From NCBI GenBank assembly GCA_020137815.1, contig CM035357.1:2852001-2916000 (forward strand): a DNA stretch of 64,000 nt. Direction: 5' to 3'. Positions 1-11,153 of the stretch are shown one piece after another. The DNA is from Hormiphora californensis. Its lineage: Eukaryota; Animalia; Ctenophora. How positions within the stretch are numbered: position 1 is the first letter of the stretch; every line of letters begins with the position of its first letter. The position numbers and the translations under genes were made by a program. The notes under the pieces are model-generated. The model did not search any database. It had not been told where the DNA came from and saw only the letters and a program-made list of their open reading frames with translations.

Positions 1-157
1 CTCTCTTTAAGTAGTTTTACTTGGCAAACAATTCTGAAATAATTCTTCTTTAGCATTCTAATCAGCTGGATGATCATACCGAAGTTCAATGAACTCATGT
101 ATATTATCTCGAGGGATCGGGCCCTCAGCTGCCACTTCAGTAGAGGTAAACCCCTTC

Positions 158-245
158 CAGGAACCGAGCGACACAATTGTAAACAACCAATCATAACTCG
201 TTATTTAGGTCACGTGACTGGCTATCAGCCAATCAGGGACCAGCT
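158..245. mobile_element. Truncated short interspersed repeat (caggaaccg...ccaatcagggaccag) in the 7TM gene 3' end
   Basis: Flanked by an 18-bp duplication, gtagaggtaaaccccttc (140-157 and 246-263). Resembles, from recall, an abundant ctenophore MITE. Confidence 0.55.
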
Positions 246-1111
246 GTAGAGGTAAACCCCTTCACTTCTGTTGATGTCACAATACGCGTCTCCGCAGTTG
301 TTGCCGGTAGTGGAGGGGTGACTGCCTCACCAACCTCCGCAGATACTGTTTTATTACGAAACATACTGCGAACAGAATCCAGTCCGCTGCAGCATTGACC
401 TATCAGCTGCTTTCTTAAAATGACCAGCGGGTTTATTACCGCGTTAACCACCATCAAAACCATCAGCGCAAGGTAGGAAGCATAAAAAGCAGTATGACTA
501 GCAGTGGAATCGCTATTTGCAAATAAAACCAGTCCCCACATAATCGCACCACTGATATTGGTAAGGAGGAACACAACACCCAGTAGAACAACTGTAACGG
601 CAGCGTTCCTGCGTTGTTGATCTCTTTCTGCTGCGACGTCTGATTTTCGGATAAGAAGGATGCATGTCCAAACTGTTAGCACAAGGTTAACCAGGACAAT
701 TCCAGTTGCACAAATGAAAAACGTCCAGTTCGTTGAAACTGTTGCCTGCATAATATATATAAGAATCGCTGGTGTAATTGTTCCCATAGCCAACAGCACA
801 GTAGAGATTGACCAGAATAAAGTCTTGTTTATTTGGTAAAATGGCCGGGACATGGCTAAAAGTCGAGCACCACCAATTATACAAGTCCAAATTCCAGAAG
901 TCTGATTGACAAAGATGTTTATGAACAACAACTCAATCCCTGAAGTTATATACAGAATTCCGATAACACAAATACTGAGGTCAATAAAGTTTAAAACTAT
1001 GTAGAGTTGCCTCGGGAACCCTTTTCTTCTGAAGTTGTAGTACAGGGAGTACACGTTGTTTAGGATACCAGCCAGTCCTAAAGCGATCCCACACCATTGG
1101 TGTATAGACAT
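233..1111 (-). CDS. Intronless rhodopsin-like (class A) 7TM receptor; likely start ATG 1111
   Basis: About 7 hydrophobic segments with GxxNN (TM1), LNFIDL (TM2), ARLLAM (DRY-equivalent) and INPLV (NPxxY-equivalent). The C-terminus runs into a repeat insertion at 158-245. Confidence 0.7.
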   Translation of the reverse strand: MSIHQWCGIALGLAGILNNVYSLYYNFRRKGFPRQLYIVLNFIDLSICVIGILYITSGIELLFINIFVNQTSGIWTCIIGGARLLAMSRPFYQINKTLFWSISTVLLAMGTITPAILIYIMQATVSTNWTFFICATGIVLVNLVLTVWTCILLIRKSDVAAERDQQRRNAAVTVVLLGVVFLLTNISGAIMWGLVLFANSDSTASHTAFYASYLALMVLMVVNAVINPLVILRKQLIGQCCSGLDSVRSMFRNKTVSAEVGEAVTPPLPATTAETRIVTSTEVKGFTSTAGP

Positions 1112-1562
1112 CAGCGGGTGAAAACTTTTCACTGAAAAGTTGTCGTATAAATCCCGCCCGCTATTATAAAAAGCATGGATGTTTTTGCCGCTAATGTTAA
1201 TAATCAATAAATCTGGTGTTGAGGAACAATTATCAAAATGGAATACAGAGACAAATTATGTTAATTAGCACATGTTTAGAGGTCGTGTCGAAGCTCCAAA
1301 CAAATGTATCAAAAACTGGAACAATTGGGAGGGTTCGATGTAGAGGGATCGACTCTACTATCCTTGCGGCTTGCATATTTGAGGTCCTACGGTGTGCGGA
1401 CTCTAGTGCTACACTCTAAGTCTAAAGAGGACTCTATATCTAAATTTAGATTTAGATAAAGAGTCCAAATAATTCTAAACTCTAGGAGGACTCTTTATCT
1501 AAAAAGTCTACACAGGGCGGACTCTTTATCTAAAAAGTCTAAACAAAGTGGACTCTATATCT

Positions 1563-4500
1563 TTGTATAAGCACGTTTTATAGAGTGAGTACACTCTCTT
1601 ATGATAACCTTTCAAATTTTAAGAATTACATGCAGAATCTTTCGAGGAATAGAAGTTTTAAGAGACATGTACTTGTTGGAGATTTCAATTTCCCGTCTGT
1701 AAATTGGCCTGAGGGCACCTCTGGGAATGCACTTGAGAGAGATTTTATTGATTTCTTGTGTGGTGAACTTGGTCACTCACAGTTAGTGAGTTCTTCTACG
1801 CATATTTCGAGTAACACGTTAGATCTACTCTTTACGAATTGTCCAGAGCTTGTTAAGCAGTTGTCTGTCTGTGATTTGAACCAGGTCTGCTGCTCAGATC
1901 ACTTTGGATTGAAGTTTAGAATTAACCTTAAATTTGATCGGAGTAGCAGATCACCCAGATACCGGTATGATTTTAGAAATTTTAATTTTCTTAGTCTGAA
2001 TGTTGCTTTTGCAAGAGTGAATTGGGATTTAATTATTGACGATAATGTTAATGACTCTTGGAAGAGAGTGAAGAGTGTGATTGTCGAGCTTTGTGATGTG
2101 TATATTCCCAAGAAACGGGTTAAAGACCCCTTTACCCCCTCTTGGCATAGTGATAGAGATGTCTTGAGAGCCAGGAACAGGAAGGAGACTCTTAGATCTC
2201 GTTTTAAGAGTCGACCCTCCCCTGAATCCAAAGCAGCCTATTATCTAGCTAGGAAGGCTCTCAAGACAGTCATCTCAGCTAAGTTGAATAATCATTTTAA
2301 TGTTGACGACTTTGGTATTACGAAGAGGTTCTGGACTCATATTAAGTTGTCCAGCAAATCTCTTCGTATCCCGGAGTCTGTGTGTAGCAACGGTGTTTTC
2401 AGATCTAAGTCGAGCGAGAAGGCGAATTTGTTCAATCGTCACTTTGCCTCACAATTCACCTCTCCCAGTCAATATGGTATAAGCATTGATAATAGTGTGT
2501 CAGAGCAAGATATATTTTTCTCCCTCAATGAGGTGTTTGTTACCCTAGCATCGACAGATAGTTCTAAGGCCTGTGGGGATGACGGGATATCTGGCAGGGT
2601 TCTCAAACATTGTGCCGGATCTCTGTCATACCCTCTGTGGCTTCTTTTTAACCTCTCTATGAGAAGTGGTGTTATAGCAGACGATTGGAAACTAGCTTCC
2701 ATTGTACCAGTTTTTAAGAAGGGAGATCGTAGGGAGGTGGCCAATTACAGACCTATCTCGCTTTTGTCTCTCGTTTCAAAGACTCTGGAAAGATTGGTTA
2801 AGCCTAGAATCCTTGATATTTGTTCCCCTCAACTCGATTCACGTCAACACGGTTTTCTGAGTGGTAAGTCATGCACAACTCAACTCATCCCGTTTACACA
2901 CAGTTTAGTAGAGGCTTTTGATGAGAAGGAAAGGGTAGACATTGTGTACTTCGATTTTTCACGTGCCTTCGACTCTTGTAATCATGATCTTATTTTGCAC
3001 AAGCTCAAATACCAATTTGGTATTGATGGGCAGCTACTGAGTTTTATCAAGAGTTATTTAAGCAATAGATCTCAGAAGGTTGTTTTAGACGGTGAGAGTT
3101 CAGATGTTTTGCCAGTTTTATCAGGGGTAGGGTAGACCGGGGTAATTTGGACGGTGGGGCAATGTGGTCACAGGACGGGGCAATGTGGACTAGTGATTTA
3201 TATGGGACTTTTAAATTGTGGTGTTTAGTGTGAAATAACGAAAAATGACGACTTTAAAGTTAAACTTTATTTCGGTAAACTTAATTATGATAATTATTTA
3301 AATTAAGGGTCAGAATTTCACAATATGATATTTTTCTATCCAGTTTCATCATCAAAATGACATTAGCTTTCGATTTAATTAGCTAATTGGCATTTTAATG
3401 AAGCGGGGCAATTCGGACAATTTGGGGCAATTCGGACGAAAAAATCGGGGGCAATTCGGTCATAATCCAGATTACCCCATGGGGCAATTTGGACTAGACC
3501 AAATTGCCCCATGGGGCAAATTGGTTAATACAAATTGGCCTCATGGCGCCATTATACTCGTTTCTATGGTAACCATAGACAACCTGCTTTCATAATTATC
3601 CTATTCAATCAATATAGATGGCTAAAACTGAGTAAATAGACCAAAAAATAGAAAAAAAGGCGCATTTTACAACCAATTCTCTAGTTGCCAAGGTAACAAG
3701 TCAATCCATGGTGTGGCATTCGACAATCCAACTTAATACATTGAGTGGGAATCGGCCACTGTTATGATTTATTAGACTGGATCCCCATAATAGTAATTTC
3801 TAGCCTTGTAAGCACCTGAAAACACAAACATCATTCCTTTGAAAACCGTAGCTTTATTTGTGGCTTTTTGATCTTTGATGTTGATTTTCTCAAAAACCCT
3901 ATTTGGGATAAGATTAAATCTTTTTCTAGTCAACTAGGCTAATCCTGAGCTTTCGAAAATGCACCCTACAGATATAGATCTGATGAACACTTAATTTTTT
4001 GGTTAATTAGGCTAATTACTACTTAATTAACTAATTTTGAAAAAAGGAATAGCACGGGATACTAAATTACTAGATGAATGAAAAGTTTGAAATCGATATC
4101 TCAAAAACTGTGGCTACAATCTAAGTTTGTCCAAATAGCCCCAACCTCTGTCTGATTTACATCGCAGATTTACAGCTGGGGCAATGTGGTGTGTCGCGGT
4201 CACGTGATTGAATGCGCACATTGTGATTGGTGTAGAAGCCACTAGTCCAAATTGCCCCGTGTCTCGCGATCAAAAATATTCCGACTTACCTTCATTAACA
4301 AGGTTAATTAGCTAATTAAAAGTTATGTTTTCGATTCAAATTTGTTCTGAGGCTCAAGATAAAGGTTCAGTTGCACAAATTGAGTAGCTAACTAATTGAT
4401 TAAGTAAATTAATGGCTCTTGAAATACCAATTGAATGCCAAAACCGTCCAAATTACCCCGGTCTACCCTACCCCAGGGCTCGATCCTTGGGCCTATATTG

Positions 4501-5802
4501 TTTGTTATCTTTATTAATGATATTTTCCTTGAAGTCACTAATGATACATGTATTTCTCTGTATGCTGACGATACCAAAGTGTGGAGAAGAATTGTATATA
4601 TGACCGACCATATCTTGTTGCAACAAACTGTCGACAACCTTTACAATTGGTCTGTCCGTAATTTGATGCATTTCCACCCTGCTAAGTGTCATGTCTTGAG
4701 TGTGGCCAACCCTAGTTTGTATCGGTCTAACATGTTTACTAACTTACCGTTTTTCAATTTTATCTACTCTTTGGGAGAAGATGAGTTAAATTATGTTTCC
4801 AGTCAGCGTGATTTGGGAGTTGTTATATGTGATAATCTCAATTTTAACTACCACTGTGAGTCTATCCTTAACACCATGGTATTCAAGTTCAACCTCCTGC
4901 GACGCTCCTGCTTCTTCCTGAAGCGGAGCTGTCACAAGAGAACCCTGTATCTTTCCATGGTGAGATCCTTAGTCGAGCACTGTAACCAAGTTTGGTCTAA
5001 TCTTAATGTTGGCAGTGTTAAGTCTCTTGAGAAACTGCAGAAACGTGCTGTCAAATGGATAAGAAACGAGCCACTCGCATCTTATACCAATGACCAGTAT
5101 GTGGAGCATCTCCTTAGTCTTAATCTACTACCGTTCAAACACCTTTTTCAATTTTATGACCTTAGACTTTTTTACAAGATTATGTTTGACATGGTTGATA
5201 TTAGTTTCCCAGATTCTATCTCTCCTGTGAACCCTGACAGTCTTCGTCCCACTAGACAGAACTTGGACATTATTGAAAGAAGGGATGTGACCACTCTAGT
5301 TTTTAGTTCCGGGGCTAGGTCACATAACGTTCTTAGCGGTGGCTTTTTCTATAGGACTACAATCCTTTGGAACAAGCTACCCTATGAAGTTAGACAAGCT
5401 ACCTCGCTATCTGCTTTCAATCGCTCTGTTAAAGAATACCTTTTCAAAGCTATTCTACCTGAGATGTTACTCTAGAGTTCACTGTTTTCTTGTTTGCCTA
5501 CATCTTCATTTTTCACCTTCTATCATCCTCACTACTTCACTATTTCACTATTTCTTCACAAGTCCAAGTGTGCAGTCAACTGGCTGTGGTTGCGCCCGTC
5601 TCCCCCAGACCTAAACCATACCCCTCTCTAATGGTTTTTCCTAGACGAGACGATTACCTTTTTATTATTTTTAGGTTTGAAATCTGTGAGGTGTCCCTTA
5701 GCTGCAGCTTTCGCTGTGTGGGACCCCTGGGTGTGTGTGACGATATTTGAAAACAAGTTTATTATAAATGTTTCCCACCCAAAATAGTTCGACCCAATAA
5801 AA
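1563..5802 (+). mobile_element. 5'-truncated CR1/L2-group LINE; ORF2 = 1585-3129 + 4471-5475
   Basis: APE motifs GDFN and SDH; RT motifs NYRPISLL, YFDFSRAFD, SGV|PQGSILGP, YADD. The frame is restored exactly when 3130-4470 is removed. 3' UTR ends aataaaa; possible atct TSD. Confidence 0.9.
3130..4468. mobile_element. Non-autonomous Tc1/mariner-pogo-type DNA transposon (1339 bp) in the LINE RT
   Basis: 26-bp TIRs gggtagaccggggtaatttggacggt; TA TSD (3128-29, 4469-70); internal ggggcaat repeats. Same family as 22269-23946. Confidence 0.9.
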
Positions 5803-7146
5803 ATCTAAATTAGATATAGAGTCCGCCTTTCGCCGCGAACTCGAGATTTCGGCCGTTAGGCCGGAAACGAGAGTTTGCTCTACCCCTATACTAATTTAGA
5901 AGTGTTAGGGCCGTTATTTGGATTCGAGGTTAGGGTTAGGGTTAGTGTTAGGGTTAGGTTTTGGGTTGGGTTAGGATTTTAGACATAGAGTCTGGGTTGG
6001 AGGATTTGGCGCCAAAATGTACTAGAGGACTCTATATCTAAAAATTCTACACAGGGCGGAATCTTTATCTAAAAAGTCTACACAGGGAGGACTCTTTATC
6101 TAAACTTTTTTCAAAATCTAACTGTAGATAAAGAGTCTGTTTTTAGATATAGAGTCCGCCATGGATTTAGATAAAGAGTCCGTTAGCACTAGAGTCCGCC
6201 CACCGAGGTCCTACAACCCCACGGTGAGAGATTGCCCTGCACTCGAAAACAATTCCCTCGGCGTAATAACATGTCAAATTACCTCTCAGCTCGGGATGAA
6301 CATGGTGCTCAATTTTATATGAATATTGAGTACTAGCGCTGCACCCACCTTAGACTAAGCGCTTAGACTAAGCGCTTAGAATTATTATAATGGCAATACA
6401 TGCACGACCCGCTGCATGCCACAAAACATGTATGTATATAATTGCTGTCCAGCAAACCATTGTGTTACTTAATGTCGTTAGTCTAATGGTGCTAGAGAAT
6501 GAGGGTTGTAGTGCTGCCATTTGTAGGTTCTAAACCTCCACCTTCCAGCAGGAAGTCGGCAGAGGTGTTTGTGCCTCCGTCTCTGCGGCCCATATCCGCA
6601 ACACCATCAGTTTGGGACATTATATTTCAAATTGATACACAGTATCTTGCAGCCAAAATAAATAAGTAATAACAGATACAGATACTAAATATATCACACT
6701 ACAGCTCAGTCTTTTTCTCTCTCAGTCTCTCCTTTTATACGTCCAGGGCATCCGAGCCACATCAGCCACGTGTCCACCTGCTGCAGACCACACCTCTACC
6801 TCCTTCTTCTCTCCCACTTCTATCGCCTTCTTCTCTCCCATCTGTAGCTGTTCTCTGGTCATGGGAGGGTTAGTGCAGTTTACAAAGAATAAAAGAATGC
6901 AGATCTTTCATCCTTTATCTATTCATTAGCAGCAGTGCTAAATACTACGAGACATTCCGGCCCGCCCTAACTCTAACCTATATATGTGCCGGCAATATAC
7001 TACACTAATAAACTAATAAATTATCGGTAATCTATGTTAGGGTCTACCCTATGCAGTTACCGTGGTATCCAATGGCTCAGGCCACTGGATACCACAGGGT
7101 GAGGGAGAGAGAGAGAGAAAACTAAGAGAGATTTTCTTAAAGAAAC

Positions 7147-7952
7147 ATCATACTACTTACTAAGCAAATTGTGTGACACACATCACCTAGCAACTACACT
7201 TGCACGTGCAATTATTAGAGGGACTTGGAGACCTCTCTCCCGGTTGCAGTTGGGTACCAAGGGGAAGTTCAATTCTGCACGTGCATTCTTTTACTTCTGT
7301 CCTGATGTCTAGCTCTTCCACCCTAAGCGCTATTAGGCAACGTCCAGGAGAACTGCTGCTGTCAGGGACCAGGCTAGAGAATATGACAGATTACGCCAAC
7401 GTGTTCAAGAGAGCCAATCAACGACTACTGATAGCTTTACCCAACGTCGCCCAACGGCGAATACTCAAGTCGAATATAGAAATCTCCGAATCGGCTACAT
7501 AGCGGCCAAGTTTTCACGTGATGAGTTTCTGGAATAGCATTGCACCTCCCTTGATATTGTCAGGAAGCCCAGAGCGTACAACAACATGGGTAGGGACGGA
7601 TGGTGCAGGTGATGTCAGCGTTACCTAATCCAGCTACCATTTCCCCGAAATTCGCCCGTAGGGCGAACGGGCCTACTAGTGTTATAATAATAGAATAGAA
7701 TATCATACTACTTACTAAGCAAATTGTGTGACACAGGTCACCTAGCAACTACACTTGCACGTGCAATTATTAGAGGGACCTGGAGACCTCTCTCCCGGTT
7801 GCAGTTGGGTACCAAGGGGGAATTCAATTCTGCACGTGCATTCTTTTACTTCTGCCCTGATGTCTAGCTCTTCCACCCCAAGAGCTATTCGGCAACATTT
7901 ATCTAGGTCCAGGAGAACTGCTGCTGTCAGTGTCAGGGAGCAGGCTAGAGAT
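7147..7952 (+). repeat. Two diverged direct copies of a ~240-bp sequence (~7147-7382, ~7702-7952)
   Basis: Shared sequence atcatactacttactaagcaaattgtgtgac...caggctagaga; explains the near-identical ORFs at 7200 and 7755. Confidence 0.8.
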
Positions 7953-9125
7953 TATATTATTATTATAAAACTCGTATATTTAATTGAGTTGAAAGTAAAT
8001 CCGCATAAATTACAGTTATTACTCACATAATATATATCCTAATATCGAATATATATACTATATATATATATACTATCAAATCTACTTCGAAAATCTGTCT
8101 ACAGACTAAATTGTCAAATTTATTCAATCTTTCATATACTCCAAAGTTTACGAATTTTCCAACAGTATTAGTTATATAATAGGGGCTACAATGAAGGCAT
8201 CATGTCTTTGTCACCATGACGACAGTGGTTGCCATGGTTTCTAGCAGAATCCACAGGATTGTTTGCAGTGATAGTCCATCCATCCATTGCCATTAATACA
8301 GTCACCTCTCTCCGCAAACCACTTGCAATCAACGTGGTTATCTCCACACTCTGTTAAAAAGGGGATGAAGGATTACGAAACAGTTTTATTTTTCCCTAAA
8401 AGAGCTGTCAGGCATCAAGCTGACCCTTTCTCGCACTCTTCGCTGCATGAGCGGAGCGAAGCTGAATGCAGCAGTGACCACAGTCATGCAATCACTGACA
8501 GACATCAAAAGTGCTTCAATGGTCAGGCCTCTGTTATTTCCAGAAAGATTACTTTTTGTGTAACACTGCTAGATTACAAATACACTCACTTACCACATTG
8601 ACTGCAAGATTTGGGACATTTTGAAAACATCAAACCCCAGTCAGAGAGATAACATTCTCCGGATGCAGCTTGCTCCGGGCAACTGGCATCTTGGTCTTCA
8701 CATGCGACTGAAACAAACATGCGTGCTTGGTAACGAAATTACCCCTACTTTGAAAACACACATGTGCAGAATACACGTGCAGAAATCTGTATGCTGTACT
8801 GAAAGTACACTGCTATATTTCTAGTAGCTAAAACATATTCGTTGAGGGTGCATGGATAATGTATGCGAACACAAATCTTAAAACCTAAGGAACCAATTTG
8901 TCATACTACGTCACACCGTTTAGTGCAACCCAACCATATCGTTTATTGATTTATTTCAACCAGCAATAAACGGCTGTCAAGATATATGTGTGCCAAAATA
9001 ATATGTTCTAGTAAAAATAGGCTTGCAATGATCTTTATATGTGAACACCTATCTGACAGGCGCTATCCCAATCTGAGCGCACAAAACGGGGTCTAGCGCC
9101 GCCAGATAGGTCAACACAAAGACTA

Positions 9126-10035
9126 TATTAGGTCATTCGGTAAATATCTGGACAGGTATGTTTGTGAGAGAACGGAGCTAGATAGAGCCAAGCGACCTGT
9201 TCCAGCGTCTTCCTTGGAATTTTTAGGTTGGACTAGGATGGTGGGAACCTTCGCCTGCTGGCAGTATTGCCTCACGAGCAATATGTTTCAATGCTACTCT
9301 TGCTGCCGCTTTATGCAAGAAAAAACTGTGGCACTACGGATGATTGAATATGTCATGGCATTTTCTCTATTGGGGACAGATGATCGGTTTGACCAGTGTT
9401 CCTAGATCACTTTTTTAGCCTGAAGATGATGCAACCATAATTGAAGCGTTTAGATTCCATCTTCATCCTTAAAAATTGGATTTTTGCCAAAATTGCTCCT
9501 TGCGCACTTCATGGCCGTTTTTGTACGTTCTAAACGTCTAAATGACTTGAATCCAACGTTTAATGTTAGCTTATACAATTTTCTAGGTCATATGTTAGTT
9601 TTATTACGATCGGTCAATGGGTACCTGGCTCATGGCGGCTTTTTTCAACATTTGTAAAAAAAATTAAAATTCAGCTTTACCAAATCTAGCGAAAATCGCT
9701 TCCCCGTGCTAGAAATTTTATCCAAAAATTTCAGGAAGGTTTATGGAGTATCTCAAGGCATTTAATAAGCAATATATAGGGTTAAAAACTTTCCGAATGA
9801 TCCGGAAGTAGGTCATATTGGTCCAAAATTGAGTTAAAAGTTAGCATAAAGCGGCAGCTAGAGTAGCATTGAAACATATTGCTCGTGAGGCAATACTGCC
9901 AGCAGGCGAAGGTTCCCACCATCCTAGTACAACCTAAAAATGTCCAAGGAAGACGCTGGAATAGGTCGCTTGGCTCTATCTAGCTCCGTTCTCTCACAAA
10001 CATACCTGTCCAGATATTTACCGAATGACCTAATA
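9126..10035. mobile_element. Mariner-like non-autonomous element with ~190-bp TIRs
   Basis: tattaggtcattcgg...ccgaatgacctaata; arms ~9126-9316 and ~9845-10035; TA on both flanks. Confidence 0.85.
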
Positions 10036-10083
10036 TAAGCGACTGGCTCTATACTTGGTTCCAGACCATTTGTCACCACGTAC

Positions 10084-10716
10084 CTGGTTCACTGTCACAT
10101 TGGTTGCAGGATAGCCGGCATTGTTCCAGCATCCACCCTGGGTTGTCCTCGCACTGGTCGTGTTCCGCAAACTCGGGACAAAGTCCGTAGTTGTCACCAC
10201 ATTGACACTGCAGGGAGGGGTTGTTAGAGCAAACTCGGGACAAAGTCCGTAGTTGTCACCACACTGACACTGCAGGGGGGGGGGGGGGTTGTGCTTAGGG
10301 GAAACTCTAACTCATTGGACCTCAAAAACTGTAAAAATCTAACTGATTATGGATCTCATCACTTTGAGTAATCTAGGATATAATTGAAGAGGTTACACTC
10401 CTCTTAGGGGTGATGCGACGTATCGCAGGTTCCTATGACGTCCATAGCGAAAAACTCCTAGGAGTTTTTCGCTATGGACGTCATAGGAACCTGCTCTTAG
10501 AGATCACGTACAACTTTAGTTTGGAAGAATTTCTCACATTTCACTAACCCTATTACAAGAAAGAGGGCACTCCTCAAAGATTTCATCCCAGTCCTCAGCC
10601 ATGTAGCACTCCCCAGCATCAGCTCGGGCCGGACAATCATCTGACTTGTCCGCACACTGCTCTGCCGTGGTGTAGAGGAGGGTCATGGCAAGGAACACGA
10701 TGATGGTCTTCATCAT
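10084..10716 (-). CDS. Secreted ShKT-domain protein (exons 10716-10549, 10207-10084; 3' end unresolved)
   Basis: Signal peptide MMKTIIVFLAMTLLYTTA, then CADKSDDC...GEC...CPLSCNR|C and CGDNYGLC...DQC...CRLSCNQC; phase-compatible GT-AG intron. Confidence 0.8.
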
Positions 10717-11153
10717 GGTGACAATGTGGGCAGAAAATATAACGGACTACGGAGCACCAATGGGTTGTAACTCAACAAAGTTATGATGTGGTGGGAAATG
10801 AGGAGTTGGACGTTTTGAATGGTCGGAATTGGACGTGAGAAATGTTACACCTTTGGACTAGGTGTGGTGAAAACAAAAGGGTCTTTCAATATATCATTGG
10901 CCTCCATTATTAGATACAATTCCACAAAGATGTGTGAAAAAGGGACAATGGTGTACAAGTGGATAGCCATGGCCCCATAATACTAATGAACACAACAGTG
11001 GAAAAGTGTCGAAAGTTAGTCAGAACAGCAAAGCTTTTCCTAAACTGAATTCAGTTTCAGCTGGAACGGGGAACGTATTTAGGTGCCGGCAGGCACCTCC
11101 GACCCAAAGAAAAGTTTAGAATTAATCTTATGGCGGTTCACTCGTACAGTTAC

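Larger units (their letters stand above)
1390..6205. mobile_element. Non-autonomous TIR element (CGGTG...CACCG) split by a LINE
   Basis: TIRs cggtgtgcggactctagtgct / agcactagagtccgcccaccg; 8-bp TSD aggtccta (1382-1389, 6206-6213); internal ggactct(a/t)tatcta repeats and a TTAGGG-like tract near 5928-5972. Confidence 0.75.

Noticed and set aside
6500-7010. Possible solo LTR sharing ccttttatacgtc(c/t)aggg with the gypsy LTR
   Set aside because: No convincing TG...CA boundaries with a TSD were found.
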